A stretch of 63,597 nucleotides of DNA, counting the filler, from Dimorphilus gyrociliatus (Eukaryota > Animalia > Annelida), in NCBI GenBank assembly GCA_904063045.1. It is 4 parts of 4 records of this genome, joined end to end, with 100 filler letters (N's around TTAATTAATTAA, not from the genome) between each part and the next. Parts side by side here need not be neighbours in the genome. Positions count along the whole stretch, not along the records: positions 23,859 to 45,874 come from CAJFCJ010000181.1; positions 45,975 to 55,500 come from CAJFCJ010000179.1; 2 more parts are not named here. One strand, written 5' to 3'. Shown in pieces: positions 34,727 through 47,284 of the stretch. The notes beneath the pieces were generated by a model. The model ran no database searches, had not been told where the DNA came from, and was given only the letters and a program-made list of their open reading frames with translations. The translations under genes and the position numbers were made by a program. Positions within the stretch are counted from its first letter, which is position 1. The number at the start of each line of letters is the position of its first letter.

Positions 34727-36443
34727 CCCTGCGACAACTCGTCCCAGGACGAGTTGTCGCACAACTGATCCCACTGAAAAATGCGACAACTCGTCTCAAA
34801 AGTAAGATTTTGAATAAATGAAACCTAACCTAAATTAACTTTCTTTAAAAAATGATTGATTATATATATTATATTTCTTGAAAATATTTTGACATTTTTA
34901 TTATTAAAAATTATTCATAAATTCAGTTTATTACCCCTTATATGACTCAATATGAATTTATTAATGGTCAAAGAAGTGGGAAAATTTTAGTTTTTCAAAA
35001 TTACCTGTTTACACTAAAGAGTAGCAAAGAAGAATATTCGATATGGCGATGCAGAATTCGTCACTGCAATACTACTGTACGGATAAATAAAAATGGGAAT
35101 ATTGAAGATAATAACCTTCATAACCATCAACCAATTGTAGACGGAGAATTAAACGCCATGAGGTTAAAGTCTAAGTTAAAAGAAATGGCGAGAACTTCTT
35201 CAGATAGAACTATGAATGTAGTCATCAAGGAATTACATAATGCCACTGATGACACCATGCAAAATCTCCCGAAAGAACGATCTTTAAATAGAATTGTTCA
35301 AAGGGAGAGATTAACTAGAATTCCCAACTTTGTTCCATCTATTCCCGAAATTCCTGAATGCCTTTGGAACAATAATCGTGGAGAATTATTTTTTCGTTGT
35401 GATTCAGGAATGGAGGATATAAGTCGCTTTGTCATTTTCGCCTCCGATTTCCAATTAGATGTACTAAAAATGTCTGAAATTTGGATTATAGATGGAACTT
35501 TTAAAAGTGTTCCTGGCCATTTCGAACAATTACTTACAATTCAAGGAAAGTATCTTGGGAAGTTTTGGCCTTGTTTACATGCGATAATGGTTTCAAAAAC
35601 TGAATTGAGTTATCTAAATTTATTCAAAAAGTAAAAAACTTAACAAATGCCAAGCCTTCTGCTATTATAATTGACTTTGAAAGGGGATTGATTAACTCTG
35701 TTAGAATATCTTTTACATCTACGAAAGTGTATGGATGCAATTTCCATTTCGGACAAATGATTTGGAGGAGAATACAGTCTCTTGGCCTTTCTATAATTTA
35801 CAAAGATAAAACTTGGAAACGAAAATTGATTAGGAAATGCTTCCACTTAGCATTTATAAAAGAATCAGAAGTTTTACATGAATTCGAAAAAATCTCACAT
35901 GATATTCTCATGAACCAGGATGATGAAAAGATGAAAGAGTTTTTAATTTATTTTCGTAGAACTTTTATTGGAAGTAAAGAAAGACCCCAACCATTATACG
36001 ACACTAGTTTCTGGAGTTGTCATAGTCGTGTAATCAATTCCGTCCCAAGAACAACAAACACACTTGAAAGCTGGCACCGGGAACTAAACAGCTCTTTTAA
36101 CAGAGCTCATCCAAATCTAGCTATTTTTATAAATGTTTTAACGAGGGAAGAACAAAGAATGTATTTCAACTTGACGCAATTCAAAAACGGGAACCATTTG
36201 GCTATAACAGAGGTTGATTACAAAAAAGAATATTCTCTAAAAATTTTATGTGAAAATTGTTCAAATTTAAGTATTGAGGCTTTTTTTAAACTGATTGACA
36301 AGCTCATGACATTTAAAGTCAAATAAATTCGTTTTATTTTATATTTTTCGTTTTTTATTTCTTACTTTTGAGACGAGTTGTCGCATTTTTCAGTGGGATC
36401 AGTTGTGCGACAACTCGTCCCAGGACGAGTTGTCCACACCGGG
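34727..36443 (+). mobile_element. Mutator-like (MULE) DNA transposon with 75-bp TIRs
   Basis: TIR 34733-34807 matches 36360-36434 except for a 2-nt loop. The outer few bases differ between ends and no TSD was found. Confidence 0.92.
34942..36326 (+). CDS. FLYWCH + MULE DDE transposase (~461 aa if one A is restored at 35626-35630)
   Basis: WRCRIRHC...HNH (FLYWCH), IIDGTFKSVP, and across the shift KPSAIIIDFERGLINSV...GCNFHFGQMIWRR...RTTNTLESWH. Confidence 0.9.
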
Positions 36444-36559
36444 ACTATCGAAGGAGATTATCGCTAAAGGCTGGCTATAATAAAACGATGTGTTTATAAC
36501 ACCAAAGATTTGATTAGACATGTAGGTGCCTTAGCTTTATAAAAAGATAGGTATTGTTA

Positions 36560-37590
36560 CGGTAGCAAAATTACTATTTTTTTGCTATTTATTTCTTATA
36601 AAAAAATTTAAACCTTGTAATGAACTACTTTTTTTAATGCGATGTTTACCGACTCTAAAAAGCAATAGAGTTTCTTATAGAAATCATATTATATAAGAAA
36701 AAAATTGTATTAGTTGTACACCAATAATAGTATGCAATTAAAAAGAAAATCAAATGAATATGATGTCTATTATTATAGATGTACTCGAAAAGCTTGTAGG
36801 AACCAAATAACTATATGTACTACACTCAAAAATAGTAGAATAAAATCACTAAATTTTTATATTTAGTATTTATGTTCATATTGAATAAAATAATCATACA
36901 TATGTATTAAGCACCGGTATAAATGAACCAACTTACATCAGATACAAAAAGAATATTATTAAGTCTTTTGCGTAATATAATAATAGAAATTTCAGAAATT
37001 AGGAGGAACAGGTATACGTGTTCAACTGGATGAATCGGTAATTTCTCGCCAAGGGCATATAAACTCACCTACTTCAGCACATGATGATATTTCATAGACT
37101 GTTTGGCTATTTGGTGGCATCGATGAATCTGATAAATCAAAATTTTTTATTAATATCGTACAATAAACATGCAGAGACATAAAAGAGGTTGTTAGACAAT
37201 TCGTAGAATCTGATTCGGTTTTGGTTGCAGATGGTTATCCATCCTACCCTGCTGTAGCTCGTAACCTAAGTTTAGTTCATAAAATAGTTAATCATATAGA
37301 GGGGAGGGGTAAAAACACTAATGCTAATCATACAAATAATATTGAAACTTTTTGGTCACATTTGAAATTAGTTATTGCATCAAAACATGGAGTCGCTAGA
37401 AATAATATTTCTAGTTTTTTGGTTGAGTTTGAATTTCGAAAAAGATATTTAAATTATTATGATAAAATAACATTGATCAAATGTTTATCAGCATCTTATA
37501 ATTACTATTTAGCAATTAAAGTGTTAATTTTGATTAATTTATATTTTTATATTCTATATTATTTCAGACCCCCATCTCCTTAAGCTGTAG
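36560..37590 (+). mobile_element. Degenerate Merlin transposon
   Basis: YYRCTRKACRNQITI, GGTGIRVQLDES, WLFGGID, VADGYPSY, VNH...HTNNIETFWSHLK. Confidence 0.85.
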
Positions 37591-37879
37591 TGCCAGACTC
37601 AATATACTTTCCAAATATATAGGTGGAACAATGACTTAATGTGCCAAAAATACTATTAGGTGTGTAAAGTGTATGTTTAAAGTAATGAATATAAAAAAAG
37701 TAAGGCAATGTTATATATATAAATGCTCAAAGGTAAAAAACAAACATTCTCTTTTTGAAGGCAAAGTTTAAAAAGAAAAAAAAACTAAATCTTTTTCTCG
37801 ATTATTTATATTTTTATTGTAATTCAAATTTTAATAATACAGAGCTATCAACTGAAGTAAGAAATATATCTCGTTAAAC

Positions 37880-38540
37880 AAAATAAATTGGAATAAAATT
37901 TTGGACTCAAGAATGCTTAATATGATGGAGAATGAAATGGGAGAAAAAATCGGAGGTGTGGGTCATATAGTACAAATCGATAAGAGTTTGTTCTCAAAAG
38001 AAATATAACGTCAATAAATTAACTATAAAAAATGAATCATAGGTGGTATCGATTTTTATACTAAAAAAGATTTTTTGTAGAGATGGATAATAGAAGAAAG
38101 CAAACTATGAATGATATAGTTGATAAATATGTATATCAGACACTACACCAATTTATACAAACTCTTGGGCAGGATATGATGGATTAACAGAAAAAGGTTT
38201 TATTCATGACAAAGTAAATCATAAGAATAAATTCATAGATCCAGACACTGGTGCAAATACTCAAAATATTGAAAACCAATGGTCAGTTTTAAAAAGATAC
38301 ATTAGGAGAAATAGCATAAACATTAACAAAGATATGAAATTAACGTCTCAAAACATCCACTTATAAAACAATATGGAATTGATGCTTTCAATGTACTTTT
38401 AATAAATTTATTTAATTAGCTTTTATTATAACCAGATTTTGAAGAAAACAAAAAAATTAAAAAAACTTTAATAATCGCTTCTCTAGATTTCCTCTATTTT
38501 GTAAAAAAAAATTTAGTGGTCGAAGAGGGGGTAGTACACT
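37880..38540 (+). mobile_element. Degenerate Merlin transposon
   Basis: KIGGVGHIVQIDKSLFSK, TNSWAGYDGL, VNHKNKFIDPDTGANTQNIENQWSVLKR. Confidence 0.85.
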
Positions 38541-38779
38541 TTACATCAACCATTTTTTCCCTATTCTCCACAAAAAAAATAACCTAACTTCAATAGTCAT
38601 ATAATATTTGTTAGAATATACATAAAAATATTTTATGAATTTTTATAAAGAAGACTTTTTGGTTGACAAGGATTGTTTCAACCTCCTCACTCAATGAGAG
38701 GTATTTTTCGAAAATTTAGGAAATAGGAGGATAAGAAACAAATTAATAATTTTCATAACATCTTCTAATGAATCATAGA

Positions 38780-39720
38780 TAATAATCAGATATGCATCTC
38801 ATGAAGAAAATACAATTAATTTTTTAATAAATAAATCTTCAATAAAAAACTACAACCGTCCGAAGTGTGGTATATAGGGACATGTTCATGCCAAGGTGAA
38901 TAGTGGGATATAAAGATATAAGTTTTTCTAAATGTAAAAAGCTTGCATATTTGGTTGAAAATACATCTTTAAAGGAATTAAAACAGAAATACATACATTT
39001 ATTCATGATATTTATATTCTGTTACTTCAAATCTGAATATTGTTGAGATTTCAAATGAAATGCATCGATACTACAATAAAGCAATTTATAAATAGAATAA
39101 ATGTTCTATGATAAGAGTAGTCATGTAACGTTAGAAAAGAACCGATTGATAGAATCAACAAAGTACATAGCCCACCTTAAAAAAAGTATGTTCTCCAAAA
39201 GGAAGTACACCCCGAAGATTGCTGAGGAAAAGATGGGTCTTTTCTGCTAAAATTATGTACACCACACAATATTTTTTTTGTCGACATAAAACATATAAAA
39301 AAGTTAACCTTGCGTCACATAATAACAGGATATATCCAACAAAATACTATTGTGTACTCTAATAGGTTGAATGAGGGGATATTTTAAGCGAGCTAAGCTA
39401 ATACATCATACTATGAATTGTGAAGCGATTCATTTGATCATATCACTGGAGCTAATACTCAGATGATTGAAGCCAAATGGTCTATTTTAAGAGATGGATA
39501 AGAAGAATCAATATGTCAAAGTATAATATTGAATTAAGTTGTGCTAGATATTTATTTGAAAAAAAATTAAAAATAAGGTTTTTATTTTTGATGAAAAATG
39601 GTAAACGAGACTTGGGGCTGTGTTGGAAATCGCCTATATATAGGGAGTTACAACACAGATCTCGATTTTCTGTGAATCTATATTCGCTTCTTAAAAAGTC
39701 TTTTTAGATTTAAAACGGGG
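38780..39720 (+). mobile_element. Degenerate Merlin transposon
   Basis: SMFSKRKY and DHITGANTQMIEAKWSI...WIRR, with many frameshifts. Confidence 0.75.
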
Positions 39721-39829
39721 GTTATTGATTTTCATCTGAGTTGAAATCTTCTTAAAAGATTTTCGGTTTTTTGAAATAAATAACCTTTGTAAATATCATT
39801 TTATATTCGGTTTTATGTTATTGCCTTTT

Positions 39830-40600
39830 GTTTTGAAATAGTCATTGAGCATTTCCACCGATTTTCTATATTTTAGGGTTTACAAATACATTTTTTTGTT
39901 TGATATTAATGTGATCATATTCAAGTTACTTCCTCCTCCCATTACAGCTTTTCACTTATCATTTATGATAAGTGAATATTCTTCTACATTCTTTAATGTT
40001 GTTTTAGATAATGTTTCTTCATATCTTTTAATGCAAGCTAAAAAACATTTTTTTATCGCTTTACAGAGACATATAGTATCCATATCTGCTCTATTGGCCT
40101 TCTTTTATTATTTTTTCTTTCGTTGGTACCATTTTCATTAGTTTCAATGATTATACCACTTCCCTAATTTTTTTCTAATAAGTTATTCTAGCATATGCGA
40201 ACAATCTTTGAAACACTGTTGTATAAAGTTTTGTGATGTTATACTCATCATAATATGGATTATGGATGTTTTAATATATCATTTATATATTATAAAAATA
40301 ACTTATTTTAAAGATGATTTGATATTGTCAAAACAAGACATCTTACGTACATATACTTTCATATTATTACACTTTCTTTTTTATATAACCAGATGTAATT
40401 ATCAATATTATGATGTGGTACCAAAATCATTCCTCTTTACAACTTTTACATATAACTTTTTTTTATAAATCATTATCCATCATCTAAAACAAAATCCGCT
40501 CGGGTCAAGTGAAACATTAGATAATTTCAATCTTGAAAACACTATTGGGGCAAATTTCAAGCAAATATAGCTGTACCCAAATCCTTTTTCCCAAATTCAA
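39830..40600 (-). mobile_element. Highly degenerate Merlin transposon
   Basis: The minus strand reads GSGIIIETNENGTNERKNNKRRPIEQIWI (a decayed GG..VEIDES...KRKY.RGR...W) and later ENRWK. Confidence 0.6.
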
Positions 40601-40619
40601 ATAAGAATTCGATTATACA

Positions 40620-41588
40620 AAGTATAATATTCAGGTCTCCTTAAAATTTAATATTAAACGAAAAAATATAATTAAATTTAAAATGACATTTAATAATTTT
40701 CATCAGAAACAAAGTGTCTAAAAATAGATTTTCTTTTTTTTATAAATAAATAATCGTTTATGCGATGAGGCTTATTGTTCTTTATATTACTGCGCAACTT
40801 TTTAAGTACTGTTTTAACTATCTTCATTGATTTTTTATGTTATGCATATATATTTAGTGGAGATTTTTGCATTTAAAGTTTGTTTTATGTTTAATTGTAA
40901 AATACAAATAAAATGATATTTTATGTCATTATATACTTTCCATCATCGATAAAAATAATGGAAAGTTCTTCTACGTGTTTATTGATAATTTTTTGAAGAG
41001 TTAATGAATCTCTTTTTTCTACAACTTTAAAAAAAGATCTTTTTGTGCTTTTATAAAACCACCAACTATTCACAATTGCACATTAGATCTTCCTAAATTA
41101 TGTTTTCGCTTAGTAATAGTGCTTTCATCAATTTCAATGACTAAGGCAGGATCTCCTATTTTAGTTGAACTATCACATGGAATTTTACTTCTAATATGAG
41201 ATATGATTGTTTTATAAAGTTTATAGTTTACGCCATATTGCTTAAATATATCCACAATTGGAATTTCTATGGACGATTCAAAGATTATAAAAATTATTTT
41301 TTTAGTGATGCTTTTATTTCAGTCAAAACAGAGCATCACGGATCGCTCCTTACTCTTACTACATTTCTTTGATTTACACAACCAAATCGTTCCATCTATA
41401 TAATGATGTGCTACTAAATTTCTATCTATTTTACATTTTTTACAGAATGATTTTTTTTTTAAAATATTTAATTCAGACAACCAAGAAAAAAAGGTGCTCA
41501 GACCAATCATTTTTTCTTGAAATTGTAACTTGTTATTGACATTAGGGGGAATATAATCAGCTTTAAGGGGCCTTAAAGCAATTTTACC
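40620..41588 (-). mobile_element. Merlin copy of the same subfamily as 53369-54355
   Basis: Alignable by eye along its length with 53369-54355. LVIEIDESTITKRKHNLGR. Eroded TIR ...TTAAGGGGCCTTAAAGCAATTTTACC ends at 41588. Confidence 0.85.
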
Positions 41589-41929
41589 AATATTCATTCT
41601 ATTCACTTCTAATAGAAGAATAAATATATAAACAATCCGTCTCTTAACCTATGGGCGTTAAAAGAGGCGGTAGGATATTTCATCTATTTAATTTATAAGC
41701 GGCTTGTAAGGGTTCTTATATTAAATGGGTAAATTGCCATTTAAAGGTATTATTTTCATTGTTCGTCTAGTATTACCGTTGCTATTTATAATAACTACCA
41801 ATAATTCATTTTTAGACGTTACAGTGAAGCTTGTAATTTTGCTAAAACCAGTTTTCTTTATTACAATAGCTTTTCTAAAACAACAGCATTTAAAGGAATA
41901 AGAAAACTGTTATTCAAATTCAGTACTCG

Positions 41930-42560
41930 CCCCCCCTTAGTACTCTCTAAGGTTGCAGTTCAATACAGTTATTGAAATGAGAGAAAAACAATTGGTAAGT
42001 ATCGTTAAACCATACTGGTACGAAGTTGCATTTTTAATAAACTACGCAGTCCAAAAAAAGCTATTCAGATAGAAGAAACTAAGCCGCACTAGAAAGTAAA
42101 ATCCCATCAAGGGGGGACGCTTGACACCAAAGATGCTAGCTTGTGCATTATTTAATCAAAAGCTGCCATACCAAGAGTTTTTTATGGAAGTAATGCTTAA
42201 CAAGATTGCTGGCACAATTATACTTATACTTTAGCCTTGGGTATGGTATTTCTAAGATAAACAAAGGTGAACAATGAGCTTATCATAAACTGATTAATTT
42301 TATTTTGTACGTGATAGATTTTATGATAAAAACAAGTTTGTTTCAAAAGATAAAACACATATTGAAACAAAAGCTGTAAAATCTGTTTGAAATAGCCTAT
42401 ATAAAAAAAATCGGGACACTCATAAAAGGCGAAGATTACGAATGAATTGTGTAATTTGAAAAATAATGGACATAGATATTCTGATGGGTTATCGTATACT
42501 TAAAATAAGTAGGAACGGTTTCCTATATTTTTTTCGAAAAACATTAAGTTTTGGTTATTA
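41930..42560 (+). mobile_element. Degenerate Merlin transposon
   Basis: KLRSPKKAIQIEET...KVKSHQGG, a decayed KLGG...QIDET...KSHRGR motif. Confidence 0.6.
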
Positions 42561-42969
42561 TTTTAATTTAAAATTTGTAATCTTGTCAAAATCTCTTTAT
42601 GTGGAATTAAGCTGGTCGAATAGAATGATGATAGGCTTTCTTACGTAAGAAAAAATATCACCATGTATGGCAGAAAGTGTAGGCCAAATTCTTATATTCT
42701 TATCCTAACCCTTAACTTCTCAGGTATTAGAAGTCCTTTGCGTTTTAGACTGGTTTAATACATCTTTGTATAAGAAGATTAAATAATATCAAATAATCAT
42801 GTGGGGAAAGCGGTATTGAAGTACCAACTGAGGGACATAGTGGTTAGTTGAGGTTTTAGAATTGGCAGCACCACTTTTTTTTGTTATAAAAAAAAAGCCT
42901 TTTCTTATGATTTTTATACTGAAAGCACATGAAAACGGTTGATTATTTTATGATTGAGTTTCTTATAAA

Positions 42970-43390
42970 CTCCTTAATCTAGATTCTAAGAACCTCCTTT
43001 TCTCTGAGAGAAGGTTTAATGATTTTCTTATTACTGTATTTTTAATTTTCACCAATATTATTATACTTTTAATAGAGTCCTTAACCTGGATTCTAAGAAC
43101 CTCCTTTTCTCTGAGAGGAGGTTTAATGATTTTCTTATTACTGTATTTTTAATTTTCACCATTATTATTATACTTTTAATAGAGTCCTTAACCTGGATCT
43201 AAGAACCTCCTTTTCTCTGAGAGGAGGTTTAATGATTTTCTTATTTACTGTATTTTTTTTATATTTTTCTTAAAATGTCTTTTTCGAGTTCTCAATTACG
43301 ATTCTAAGAACCTACTTTTTTCTGAAGGGAGGTCAAGTTCTTTTGAATATAACGTATTTTTTGATTAATTCCTCATTATTATTATTTTCC
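42970..43390. repeat. ~106-bp tandem repeat, four copies, each with a hairpin
   Basis: CTAAGAACCT recurs at 42986, 43093, 43199 and 43304. Copies 2-3 contain AACCTCCT-N10-AGGAGGTT. Confidence 0.9.
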
Positions 43391-44899
43391 ATAAAACTTT
43401 ACTACGGTAGTCTATTTATACACTATAATTATATCAGTTACATACTTTAATTAAGTGCAGGCTTAAAAATTTATAGATAAAATATGACAAAATATATACT
43501 TTTTAGTATTTTATAGTTTTTGTAATATGTTGTATCAACCAATAATAAATTATTCATTCATATATTAATCTTTCTATTTGAGGTGACAAAGCAGGAGAAA
43601 CTATTAAAAACTAAAGATGTCAAAAGCCTGACATTATCATCAGATTATTGTCATCCTTCTTTAAAAACGAAAAACAACCACTAAACATAGTGGGGGGTAA
43701 AATGCCCTCAATGTGTAATCTTTTACTATAATGTATAGAAGACAAATTTTAAGGAATTTTTATCTACACAATAAACCTGAGTAATACCTATACTAATAAA
43801 AATATCAACAATAATAATGATACATACATTTACTAATGTTTGTAATTTACACATTTAAAGTTCGAATTAAACTTGCAAAAAAATAAATTAAAACTTATAA
43901 ATAACGAATTGGATTTATAAAACGAGAGTGGATTTACAAAACTCAAATTTAGATGTGCAATAGTTAAATGTACATAAAAAATCAGAAAAGCTGATTTAAT
44001 TAATAAATTTCAACTTGGGTGTAAATTTTCGAAACTAAGTATAAAAAGCTTATAAATTCTTAGAATTTTATCCAGAAGAAGAGATACTTGGTAAGTAAAT
44101 TAAGTAGAATACAAACTACGAAAAATGAGGCTCTGTAGAAAAATTTAGATTTTATATATAAACATATCCGGCACCCTCCCCTGTGGTTTATGAAATAGAA
44201 GATAATAAACAAAGAATGAATCTAAATAATAGTTTTGATGAACCAAATAAAGAAAAAATTTCATTAACTCCCTAATTTAAGGTCTAATATTAAAAGTACA
44301 TTTAAAAAGGGTACTCATTACTAAAATTAATAATAAAATTTTTTAAACTCTCCATTATTTTATGTATAATGATTTTTGGTAAAACTTTAAATAAAATGAA
44401 AATTTACGATAAGATATAATAAAAACTTATGAAATAAAAATTCTACAAAGTATAATTACCCACGTTTTACGATTTTGGCCATTTTTCACAGATTGTCTGC
44501 ATACAGATACGAAAAATATAATGTGTAATTTTAAGTTTAATACCAAAAAAAATTCATATCAAAATTATCACAAAATATATAAACATAGAAAAGCAACAAG
44601 CCGCAGAAAACTTTAATTTAAAAAATTAAGACTTACAATAAACGCGACAGGTGATAGATTAAATAAATTATTTTTTGTAAACAAATCGCTCAAAGTAAGC
44701 CGTTCTACGTACCTTGAGCGTATGAATTTATCTTTCTCAAAAAGGTTGATCGAAAAAAACGGCAGAAATATTGAAATTCTTACATAAGAAATAAAAATAA
44801 ATTGCCGTTCGACTATGCAATTTTTATTAGAGCTATATATACGGACCAGATGGATCTCGAATGTCATCTTAAATAGTCTAAAAGCTGCTCCGATTATAT

Positions 44900-45420
44900 A
44901 TTACGGTTCTTCGATCTCAGTCGAAGTGGTATCGAAAATGTCTTGGTAAAACTGAGATCATTAGTACCTACAATAATCTTTCAAGAGAAAAAACTAGGAT
45001 GAGCTAGAAAGGTCATTATAATTAATGGAAGTCTGTTAAACCATAGTAGCAATGTAAATAGAGAACTTTCTTAGAACAATATGAAAAACTTACTTTATAT
45101 AATATCAGCGAATCAGAGAATAACGTGTCCATTTGCAAGAGTTATTGCAGATAAGAGAGCAACTACAATCGTATCTATATTTTTAGTCAAGTAGTTAGTT
45201 TTTATATTATATATATTAATGTCCGCAGAATATTCAGGTTTTAGTGAACAGACTTATTTAGAATTAGATAGTTAATTTTTCATTGTGTATTAGAAGAAGC
45301 TTTTGTAATCATACTTATATTCGAGATTGTAATTAAGTTTAACTTTTATCAAAATAACCATAAATGGCTTTTTTTAGTTATTACCATCCTAATTATTAGT
45401 TCTGGTAGCTTATAAGTTTT
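44900..45420 (+). mobile_element. Degenerate Merlin transposon
   Basis: KLG*ARKVIIINGSLLNH and ARVIADKRATTIV. Confidence 0.55.
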
Positions 45421-45689
45421 AACTATAGATAATTTGGAATCATGAGTAAAACTTTATATATGGTCTATGCGCCCATAAAATTTTTTAATTATTCCGTGAT
45501 CAATATGCAAAAAAAATTAGGAGACGCAAAAACATTAAAATCTTTAAAAATATATCTTTAACAAATTAACTTTATTACAAAAAATTTATTATATGAGAGT
45601 GAAATGTTTAATGTTTAATATGATTTTTTTTGGATACTCTATTTATTATTTTAGCCTAGCTTTTTATTTACTTATTCAAAAAAAAAAAT

Positions 45690-45874
45690 TCTGACAACTT
45701 ATTTAATACTTTATTATGCCACTTTTGCTTTTAAAACTACTGTAACTCGATTTCTCATTGAGTTTACTAGTGCAACACATGTTTCATTAAGAATTTTTGC
45801 CCACTCACTTTTTACTTTTTCAAATAGATCTTTTTGATTTTTAAATTTCATACCTCGTAGTTTTTCCCTTAGAA
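45690..45874 (-). mobile_element. Tc1 transposase C-terminal fragment cut by the spacer
   Basis: KLRGMKFKNQKDLFEKVKSEWAKILNETCVALVNSMRNRVTVVLKAK, a typical Tc1 C-terminal W...L..SM..R...V..AK pattern. Confidence 0.75.
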
Positions 45875-45974
45875 NNNNNNNNNNNNNNNNNNNNNNNNNN
45901 NNNNNNNNNNNNNNNNNNTTAATTAATTAANNNNNNNNNNNNNNNNNNNNNNNNNNNNNNNNNNNNNNNNNNNN
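45875..45974. other. Artificial contig spacer
   Basis: 44 N + TTAATTAATTAA + 44 N. Confidence 0.97.
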
Positions 45975-46299
45975 GGAATAGACTCAAATTCAAAATCTTT
46001 GCCTTTTTTACAAAGAAGTAAAGGAAAATAAGGGGGTAAATTTTTAATTTATTTTATTCTTAGCTGATTTCATTGTCAAAATTTACTACCATTAATAATT
46101 TGAAGGGTAAAAGATTACATATATATTTATTTTAAAAATATTGATCTAATTAAATTATCCCAATTAACAAAATTATTTTTTCAAACATATAGAAGTATGG
46201 ATATATTCTGGAGAATGCTTAAGATTTTTTTTCGTTGGGATATTTTAAGCAAGAGGTTGAATCGAAAAAAAAAACAAAAAATAATAAATAATAAAATGT

Positions 46300-47000
46300 A
46301 GTAGGAAAATTAAATATAATCATATCCCGAGTCTCCTACTATATGTCTATTGTCATGAAAAAGGCAAATTCATTTAAAAATTCTTGACGTTTATTAGTTT
46401 AAACGCTTTCTCTTAACCTAATTTCTCATTTTCAAGCAGTTGTGAAAAGACTTAACTACTTGAGTATGCGTGCCATTCTCTGAAACAAAATTATATTTAT
46501 GACACACATGTTATGTAAAATATTATATTCAGCTAATCGTGAATAAACACCGTCCTTATCGGTGTGTATGATGGATCCATTGAATACTTTTACTATAAAT
46601 AACAGGTACGAATCTAGAGACATTCTATAATACATAGAGAGTTTGTCTATTACTACGACAACAGCCTCAATGTGCTTTAATACTATGATTTAACATAGTT
46701 TGATCATTTTAAATGACCTCTCCAGGTCCACATAATTTGTTAATAGAAAAATATATTGTAGTTATTAATGATCTTAGTCTTAGTACCCCACTTTTTTCAA
46801 TACTACATCAAATAAGATCGAAGAACTTTTTGATACTATAATTAGGACACTGTGGTGGGTATTTTAATACGATTTGCAAGATCGGCATACTAAAGTCCTC
46901 TAAAAAACTACTTACGCAAGCAGCGATATATTTTTTATCTCCGCTTCAAGATTCTCTAGAGCACCTCCAGGGGCACTTCTAGGGCGATCTTTTTAAGAAG
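46300..47000 (-). mobile_element. Degenerate Merlin transposon
   Basis: GSIIHTD and VCHKYNFVSENGTHTQVVKSFHNCLK. Confidence 0.75.
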
Positions 47001-47284
47001 CCAAATTTATATTCGAAAGGCATAATAAATAGCATACTTAGACTTTTAGGAATCTGCTTTTAAATAAAAATATGAAATTTATCATCTGAGAAATTCCTAA
47101 AAAATATAAAAATGATTTAGCACATGACATATGAGGAGTACGGTCTTTTTTGATATTTATACTTTTATGGTGGATTTGGAGGAAATTAATTGTTTACCCC
47201 CCTCTAAAATACATTTTTTTAATTTATTTACAATTTAATATTAAAGAAATCTGTAAAGATTAAGAGTTAACCTACGGGTTATTT

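Noticed and set aside
42970-43390. CRISPR array (palindromic repeats at regular spacing)
   Set aside because: The intervening sequences of copies 1-3 are near-identical rather than unique, the period is too long, the context is eukaryotic, and no cas genes are present.
41640-47280. piggyBac-like ends TTAA-CCTA(T/C)GGG at ~41645 and ~47267
   Set aside because: No partner right ends or piggyBac transposase motifs found; the match is too short in AT-rich DNA.
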